64,000 nucleotides of DNA from Eledone cirrhosa (taxonomy: Eukaryota), in the NCBI GenBank assembly GCA_964016885.1, contig OZ024758.1, positions 36,642,001 through 36,706,000 on the forward strand, read 5' to 3'. Under the pieces are notes generated by a model that had not been told where the DNA came from, made no database searches, and saw only the letters and a list, made by a program, of their open reading frames with translations. Positions 56,371 through 64,000 of this stretch are shown here, piece after piece. Position 1 is the first letter of the stretch, and every line of letters begins with the position of its first letter. Both the position numbers and the translations under genes were made by a program.

Positions 56371-59300
56371 GTCAGAAGTAACTCCAATGTTGGTGAGAAT
56401 TCATTTAAGTTCATGGTACTAGCTGTCAGAAGTAACTCCACTGTTGGTGAGAATTCATTTAAGTTCATGGTATTAGCTGTCAGAAGTAACTCCACTGTTG
56501 GTGAGAATTCATTTAAGTCATGGTATTAGTTGTCAGAAGTAACTCCAATGTTGGTGAGAATTCATTTAAGTTCATGGTACTAGCTGTCAGAAGTAACTCC
56601 ACTGTTGGTGAGAATTCATTTAAGTTCATGGTATTAGCTGTCAGAAGTAACTCCAATGTTGGTGAGAATTCATTTAAGTTCATGGTATTAGCTGTCAGAA
56701 GTAACTCCACTGTTGGTGAGAATTCATTTAAGTTCATGGTATTAGCTGTCAGAAGTAACTCCACTGTTGGTGAGAATTCATTTAAGTTCATGGTATTAGC
56801 TGTCAGAAGGAACGCCACTGTTGGTGAGAATTCATTTAAGTTCATGGTATTAGCTGTCAGAAGTAACTCAACTGTTGGTGAGAATTCATTTAAGTTCATG
56901 GTACTAGTTGTCAGAAGTAACTCCACTGTTGGTGAGAATTCATTTAGGTTCATGGTATTAGTTGTCAGAAGTAACTCCACTGTTGGTGAGAATTCATTTA
57001 AGTCATGGTATTAGTTGTCAGAAGTAACTCCACTGTTGGTGAGAATTCATTTAAGTTCATGGTACTAGCTGTCAGAAGTAACTCCACTGTTGGTGAGAAT
57101 TCAGTTAAGTTCATGGTATTAGTTGTCAGAAGTAACTCCACTGTTGGTGAGAATTCATTTAAATCATGGTATTAGTTGTCAGAAGTAACTCCAATGTTGG
57201 TGAGAATTCATTTAATTTCATGGTACTAGCTGTCAGAAGTAACTCCACTGTTGGTGAGAATTCATTTAAGTCATGGTATTAGTTGTCAGAAGTAACTCCA
57301 ATGTTGGTGAGAATTCATTTAAGTTCATGGTACTAGCTGTCAGAAGTAACTCCACTGTTGGTGAGAATTCATTTAAGTTCATGGTATTAGCTGTCAGAAG
57401 TAACTCCACTGTTGGTGAGAATTCATTTAAGTCATGGTATTAGTTGTCAGAAGTAACTCCAATGTTGGTGAGAATTCATTTAAGTTCATGGTACTAGCTG
57501 TCAGAAGTAACTCCACTGTTGGTGAGAATTCATTTAAGTTCATGGTATTAGCTGTCAGAAGTAACTCCAATGTTGGTGAGAATTCATTTAAGTTCATGGT
57601 ATTAGCTGTCAGAAGTAACTCCACTGTTGGTGAGAATTCATTTAAGTTCATGGTATTAGCTGTCAGAAGTAACTCCACTGTTGGTGAGAATTCATTTAAG
57701 TTCATGGTATTAGCTGTCAGAAGGAACGCCACTGTTGGTGAGAATTCATTTAAGTTCATGGTATTAGCTGTCAGAAGTAACTCAACTGTTGGTGAGAATT
57801 CATTTAAGTTCATGGTACTAGTTGTCAGAAGTAACTCCACTGTTGGTGAGAATTCATTTAGGTTCATGGTATTAGTTGTCAGAAGTAACTCCACTGTTGG
57901 TGAGAATTCATTTAAGTCATGGTATTAGTTGTCAGAAGTAACTCCACTGTTGGTGAGAATTCATTTAAGTTCATGGTATTAGCTGTCAGAAGTAACCCCA
58001 ATGTTGGTGAGAATTCATTTAAGTTCATGGTTCAAGCTGTCAGAAGTAACTCCACTGTTGGTGAGAATTCATTTAAGTTCATGGTATTAGCTGTCAGAAG
58101 TAACTCCACTGTTGGTGAGAGTTCATTTAAGTCATGGTATTAGCTGTCAGAAGTAACTCCATTGTTGGTGAGAATTCATTTAAGTCATGGTACTAGCTGT
58201 CAGAAGTAACTCCACTGTTGGTGAGAATTCATTTAAGTTCATGGTATTAGCTGTCAGAAGGAACTCCACTGTTGGTGAGAATTCATTTAAGTTCATGGTA
58301 CTAGCTGTCAGAAGTAACTCCACTGTTGGTGAGAATTCATTTAAGTTCATGGTATTAGTTTGTCAGAAGTAACTCCACTGTTGGTGAGAATTCATTTAAT
58401 TCATGGTATTAGTTGTCAGAAGTAACTCCAATGTTGGTGAGAATTCATTTAAGTCATGGTACTAGCTGTCAGAAGTAACTCCAATGTTGGTGAGAATTCA
58501 TTTAAGTTCATGGTATTAGCTGTCAGAAGGAACTCCACTGTTGGTGAGAATTCATTTAAGTTCATGGTATTAGCTGTCAGAAGTAACTCCACTGTTGGCG
58601 AGAATTCATTTAAGTTCATGGTACTAGCTGTCAGAAGTAACTCCAATGTTGGTGAGAATTCATTTAAGTTCATGGTATTAGCTGTCAGAAGGAACTCCAC
58701 TGTTGGTGAGAATTCATTTAAGTTCATGGTATTAGCTGTCAGAAGTAACTCCACTGTTGGCGAGAATTCATTTAAGTTCATGGTACTAGCTGTCAGAAGT
58801 AACTCCACTGTTGGTGAGAATTCAGTTAAGTTCATGGTATTAGTTGTCAGAAGTAACTCCACTGTTGGTGAGAATTCATTTAAATCATGGTATTAGTTGT
58901 CAGAAGTAACTCCAATGTTGGTGAGAATTCATTTAATTTCATGGTACTAGCTGTCAGAAGTAACTCCACTGTTGGTGAGAATTCATTTAAGTCATGGTAT
59001 TAGTTGTCAGAAGTAACTCCAATGTTGGTGAGAATTCATTTAAGTTCATGGTACTAGCTGTCAGAAGTAACTCCACTGTTGGTGAGAATTCATTTAAGTT
59101 CATGGTATTAGCTGTCAGAAGTAACTCCACTGTTGGTGAGAATTCATTTAAGTCATGGTATTAGTTGTCAGAAGTAACTCCAATGTTGGTGAGAATTCAT
59201 TTAAGTTCATGGTACTAGCTGTCAGAAGTAACTCCACTGTTGGTGAGAATTCATTTAAGTTCATGGTATTAGCTGTCAGAAGTAACTCCAATGTTGGTGA

Positions 59301-60400
59301 GAATTCATTTAAGTTCATGGTATTAGCTGTCAGAAGTAACTCCACTGTTGGTGAGAATTCATTTAAGTTCATGGTATTAGCTGTCAGAAGTAACTCCACT
59401 GTTGGTGAGAATTCATTTAAGTTCATGGTATTAGCTGTCAGAAGGAACGCCACTGTTGGTGAGAATTCATTTAAGTTCATGGTATTAGCTGTCAGAAGTA
59501 ACTCAACTGTTGGTGAGAATTCATTTAAGTTCATGGTACTAGTTGTCAGAAGTAACTCCACTGTTGGTGAGAATTCATTTAGGTTCATGGTATTAGTTGT
59601 CAGAAGTAACTCCACTGTTGGTGAGAATTCATTTAAGTCATGGTATTAGTTGTCAGAAGTAACTCCACTGTTGGTGAGAATTCATTTAAGTTCATGGTAT
59701 TAGCTGTCAGAAGTAACCCCAATGTTGGTGAGAATTCATTTAAGTTCATGGTTCTAGCTGTCAGAAGTAACTCCACTGTTGGTGAGAATTCATTTAAGTT
59801 CATGGTATTAGCTGTCAGAAGTAACTCCACTGTTGGTGAGAGTTCATTTAAGTCATGGTATTAGCTGTCAGAAGTAACTCCATTGTTGGTGAGAATTCAT
59901 TTAAGTCATGGTACTAGCTGTCAGAAGTAACTCCACTGTTGGTGAGAATTCATTTAAGTTCATGGTATTAGCTGTCAGAAGGAACTCCACTGTTGGTGAG
60001 AATTCATTTAAGTTCATGGTACTAGCTGTCAGAAGTAACTCCACTGTTGGTGAGAATTCATTTAAGTTCATGGTATTAGTTTGTCAGAAGTAACTCCACT
60101 GTTGGTGAGAATTCATTTAATTCATGGTATTAGTTGTCAGAAGTAACTCCAATGTTGGTGAGAATTCATTTAAGTCATGGTACTAGCTGTCAGAAGTAAC
60201 TCCAATGTTGGTGAGAATTCATTTAAGTTCATGGTATTAGCTGTCAGAAGGAACTCCACTGTTGGTGAGAATTCATTTAAGTTCATGGTATTAGCTGTCA
60301 GAAGTAACTCCACTGTTGGCGAGAATTCATTTAAGTTCATGGTACTAGCTGTCAGAAGTAACTCCAATGTTGGTGAGAATTCATTTAAGTTCATGGTATT
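54580..60400. repeat. Overlapping 1775-bp (33-monomer) and 1721-bp (32-monomer) duplications
   Basis: Offsets 54745/56520 and 55659/57434 (1775); 57434/59155, 58187/59908 and 58456/60177 (1721). Confidence 0.82.
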
Positions 60401-60719
60401 AGCTGTCAGAAGTAACTCCACTGTTGGTGAGAATTCATTTAAGTCATGGTATTAGCTGTCAGAAGTAACTCCAATGTTGGTGAGAATTCATTTAAGTTCA
60501 TGGTACTAGCTGTCAGAAGTAACTCCACTGTTGGTGAGAATTCATTTAAGTTCATGGTATTCGTTTGTCAGAAGTAACTCCACTGTTGGTGAGAATTCAT
60601 TTAAGTAATGGTATTAGTTGTCAGAAGTTTACTCCAATGTTGGTGAGAATTCATTTAAGTTCATGGTACTAGCTGTCAGAAGTAACTCCACTGTTGGTGA
60701 GAATTCATTTAAGTTCATG

Positions 60720-63700
60720 GTATTAGCTGTCAGAAGTAACTCCACTGTTGGTGAGAATTCATTTAAGTCATGGTATTAGCTGTCAGAAGTAACTCCAATG
60801 TTGGTGAGAATTCATTTAAGTCATGGTACTAGCTGTCAGAAGTAACTCCAATGTTGGTGAGAATTCAGTTAAGTTCATGGTATTAGCTGTCAGAAGGAAC
60901 TCCACTGTTGGTGAGAATTCATTTAAGTTCATGGTATTAGCTGTCAGAAGTAACTCCACTGTTGGTGAGAATTCATTTAAGTTCATGGTACTAGCTGTCA
61001 GAAGTAACTCCACTGTTGGTGAGAATTCATTTAAGTTCATGGTACTAGCTGTCAGAAGTAACTCCACTGTTGGTGAGAATTCAGTTAAGTTCATGGTATT
61101 AGTTGTCAGAAGTAACTCCACTGTTGGTGAGAATTCATTTAAATCATGGTATTAGTTGTCAGAAGTAACTCCAATGTTGGTGAGAATTCATTTAATTTCA
61201 TGGTACTAGCTGTCAGAAGTAACTCCACTGTTGGTGAGAATTCATTTAAGTCATGGTATTAGTTGTCAGAAGTAACTCCAATGTTGGTGAGAATTCATTT
61301 AAGTTCATGGTACTAGCTGTCAGAAGTAACTCCACTGTTGGTGAGAATTCATTTAAGTTCATGGTATTAGCTGTCAGAAGTAACTCCACTGTTGGTGAGA
61401 ATTCATTTAAGTCATGGTATTAGTTGTCAGAAGTAACTCCAATGTTGGTGAGAATTCATTTAAGTTCATGGTACTAGCTGTCAGAAGTAACTCCACTGTT
61501 GGTGAGAATTCATTTAAGTTCATGGTATTAGCTGTCAGAAGTAACTCCAATGTTGGTGAGAATTCATTTAAGTTCATGGTATTAGCTGTCAGAAGTAACT
61601 CCACTGTTGGTGAGAATTCATTTAAGTTCATGGTATTAGCTGTCAGAAGTAACTCCACTGTTGGTGAGAATTCATTTAAGTTCATGGTATTAGCTGTCAG
61701 AAGGAACTCCAATGTTGGTGAGAATTCATTTAAGTCATGGTACTAGCTGTCAGAAGAAACTCCACTGTTGGTGAGAATTCATTTAAGTCATGGTATTAGC
61801 TGTCAGAAGTAACTCCAATGTTGGTGAGAATTCATTTAAGTCATGGTACTAGCTGTCAGAAGTAACTCCAATGTTGGTGAGAATTCAGTTAAGTTCATGG
61901 TATTAGCTGTCAGAAGGAACTCCACTGTTGGTGAGAATTCATTTAAGTTCATGGTTCTAGCTGTCAGAAGTAACTCCACTGTTGGTGAGAATTCATTTAA
62001 GTTCATGGTACTAGCTGTCAGAAGTAACTCCACTGTTGGTGAGAATTCATTTAAGTTCATGGTACTAGCTGTCAGAAGTAACTCCACTGTTGGTGAGAAT
62101 TCAGTTAAGTTCATGGTATTAGTTGTCAGAAGTAACTCCACTGTTGGTGAGAATTCATTTAAATCATGGTATTAGTTGTCAGAAGTAACTCCAATGTTGG
62201 TGAGAATTCATTTAATTTCATGGTACTAGCTGTCAGAAGTAACTCCACTGTTGGTGAGAATTCATTTAAGTCATGGTATTAGTTGTCAGAAGTAACTCCA
62301 ATGTTGGTGAGAATTCATTTAAGTTCATGGTACTAGCTGTCAGAAGTAACTCCACTGTTGGTGAGAATTCATTTAAGTTCATGGTATTAGCTGTCAGAAG
62401 TAACTCCACTGTTGGTGAGAATTCATTTAAGTCATGGTATTAGTTGTCAGAAGTAACTCCAATGTTGGTGAGAATTCATTTAAGTTCATGGTACTAGCTG
62501 TCAGAAGTAACTCCACTGTTGGTGAGAATTCATTTAAGTTCATGGTATTAGCTGTCAGAAGTAACTCCAATGTTGGTGAGAATTCATTTAAGTTCATGGT
62601 ATTAGCTGTCAGAAGTAACTCCACTGTTGGTGAGAATTCATTTAAGTTCATGGTATTAGCTGTCAGAAGTAACTCCACTGTTGGTGAGAATTCATTTAAG
62701 TTCATGGTATTAGCTGTCAGAAGGAACTCCAATGTTGGTGAGAATTCATTTAAGTCATGGTACTAGCTGTCAGAAGAAACTCCACTGTTGGTGAGAATTC
62801 ATTTAAGTCATGGTATTAGCTGTCAGAAGTAACTCCAATGTTGGTGAGAATTCATTTAAGTCATGGTACTAGCTGTCAGAAGTAACTCCAATGTTGGTGA
62901 GAATTCAGTTAAGTTCATGGTATTAGCTGTCAGAAGGAACTCCACTGTTGGTGAGAATTCATTTAAGTTCATGGTTCTAGCTGTCAGAAGTAACTCCACT
63001 GTTGGTGAGAATTCATTTAAGTTCATGGTACTAGCTGTCAGAAGTAACTCCACTGTTGGTGAGAATTCATTTAAGTTCATGGTACTAGCTGTCAGAAGTA
63101 ACTCCACTGTTGCTGAGAATTCAGTTAAGTTCATGGTATTAGTTGTCAGAAGTAACTCCACTGTTGGTGAGAATTCATTTAAATCATGGTATTAGTTGTC
63201 AGAAGTAACTCCAATGTTGGTGAGAATTCATTTAATTTCATGGTACTAGCTGTCAGAAGTAACTCCACTGTTGGTGAGAATTCATTTAAGTCATGGTATT
63301 AGTTGTCAGAAGTAACTCCAATGTTGGTGAGAATTCATTTAAGTTCATGGTACTAGCTGTCAGAAGTAACTCCACTGTTGGTGAGAATTCATTTAAGTTC
63401 ATGGTATTAGCTGTCAGAAGTAACTCCACTGTTGGTGAGAATTCATTTAAGTCATGGTATTAGTTGTCAGAAGTAACTCCAATGTTGGTGAGAATTCATT
63501 TAAGTTCATGGTACTAGCTGTCAGAAGTAACTCCACTGTTGGTGAGAATTCATTTAAGTTCATGGTATTAGCTGTCAGAAGTAACTCCAATGTTGGTGAG
63601 AATTCATTTAAGTTCATGGTATTAGCTGTCAGAAGTAACTCCACTGTTGGTGAGAATTCATTTAAGTTCATGGTATTAGCTGTCAGAAGTAACTCCACTG

Positions 63701-63740
63701 TTGGTGAGAATTCATTTAAGTTCATGGTATTAGCTGTCAG
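60720..63740. repeat. 1020-bp (19-monomer) unit in about three tandem copies
   Basis: ORF starts 60823/61843/62863 and 61414/62434/63454; 1020 = 19x54 - 6. Confidence 0.92.
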
Positions 63741-64000
63741 AAGGAACGCCACTGTTGGTGAGAATTCATTTAAGTTCATGGTATTAGCTGTCAGAAGTAA
63801 CTCAACTGTTGGTGAGAATTCATTTAAGTTCATGGTACTAGTTGTCAGAAGTAACTCCACTGTTGGTGAGAATTCATTTAGGTTCATGGTATTAGTTGTC
63901 AGAAGTAACTCCACTGTTGGTGAGAATTCATTTAAGTCATGGTATTAGTTGTCAGAAGTAACTCCACTGTTGGTGAGAATTCATTTAAGTTCATGGTACT

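Larger units (their letters stand above)
1..64000. repeat. 54-bp tandem satellite array (about 1,190 monomers, single orientation, runs off both window ends)
   Basis: The consensus GAATTCATTTAAGTTCATGGTAYTAGCTGTCAGAAGTAACTCCAMTGTTGGTGA recurs every 53-55 bp from first to last base. Monomers usually differ from consensus at 0-3 positions. The ORF track shows only the 18-aa units MVLAVRSNSTVGENSFKF (+) and MNLNEFSPTVELLLTA[S/N]T (-). Confidence 0.99.
31100..64000. repeat. Subfamily domain B
   Basis: Diagnostic variants are TAGTTGTC (common from about 31137; only one earlier copy seen, near 11926), TAGTTTGTC and AAGTTTACTCC (+1 bp), TCAGTTAAG, GGTTCTAG and TTGGCGAG. From about 39 kb TTTAGGTTC, AACTCAACT and AAGTAATGG are added. 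53-mers are more frequent. Confidence 0.9.

Noticed and set aside
176-63948. All ORFs in the six-frame track as protein-coding genes
   Set aside because: They are translations of the 54-bp unit on both strands, mostly bounded by recurrent 1-bp indels, with no unique N- or C-terminal domains or gene context.
1-64000. CRISPR array
   Set aside because: There are no variable spacers (the entire unit is conserved), no leader and no cas genes.
1-64000. Telomeric repeat, rDNA/5S or tRNA array, or transposon
   Set aside because: No G-rich telomere motif, RNA gene, terminal repeat, target-site duplication or non-satellite insertion was seen.
1-64000. Synthetic EcoRI concatemer or rolling-circle amplification artefact
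   Set aside because: Variants are inherited in nested duplicated blocks and regional subfamilies, and some units have lost the EcoRI site, which fits natural array evolution. Local mis-assembly cannot be excluded.
1-64000. C/T and C/A dimorphisms as a fixed-period code or a programmed diversification system
   Set aside because: Their order is explained by block duplication; I saw no constant period, template region or associated enzyme.

Overview
The whole 64-kb window is one uninterrupted, head-to-tail tandem satellite array of a 54-bp monomer (consensus GAATTCATTTAAGTTCATGGTA[C/T]TAGCTGTCAGAAGTAACTCCA[C/A]TGTTGGTGA, about 38% GC, one EcoRI site per unit, no CpG), roughly 1,190 copies. I see no unique sequence, inversion or transposon insertion. 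No gene is supported: every ORF in the track arises because 54 is a multiple of 3 and one frame per strand lacks a stop, and the ORFs are cut by a frequent 53-bp variant. The information lies in the variant pattern. There are two subfamily domains meeting near 31.1 kb, a more diverged zone around the junction, and nested duplications from 0.6 to about 10.5 kb. It looks like eukaryotic heterochromatic satellite DNA, but I cannot name the species or family. Breakpoints are approximate (about 1-3 monomers); offsets come from matching rare variants and ORF-track coordinates by eye. I found no convincing new biological system beyond the array architecture.
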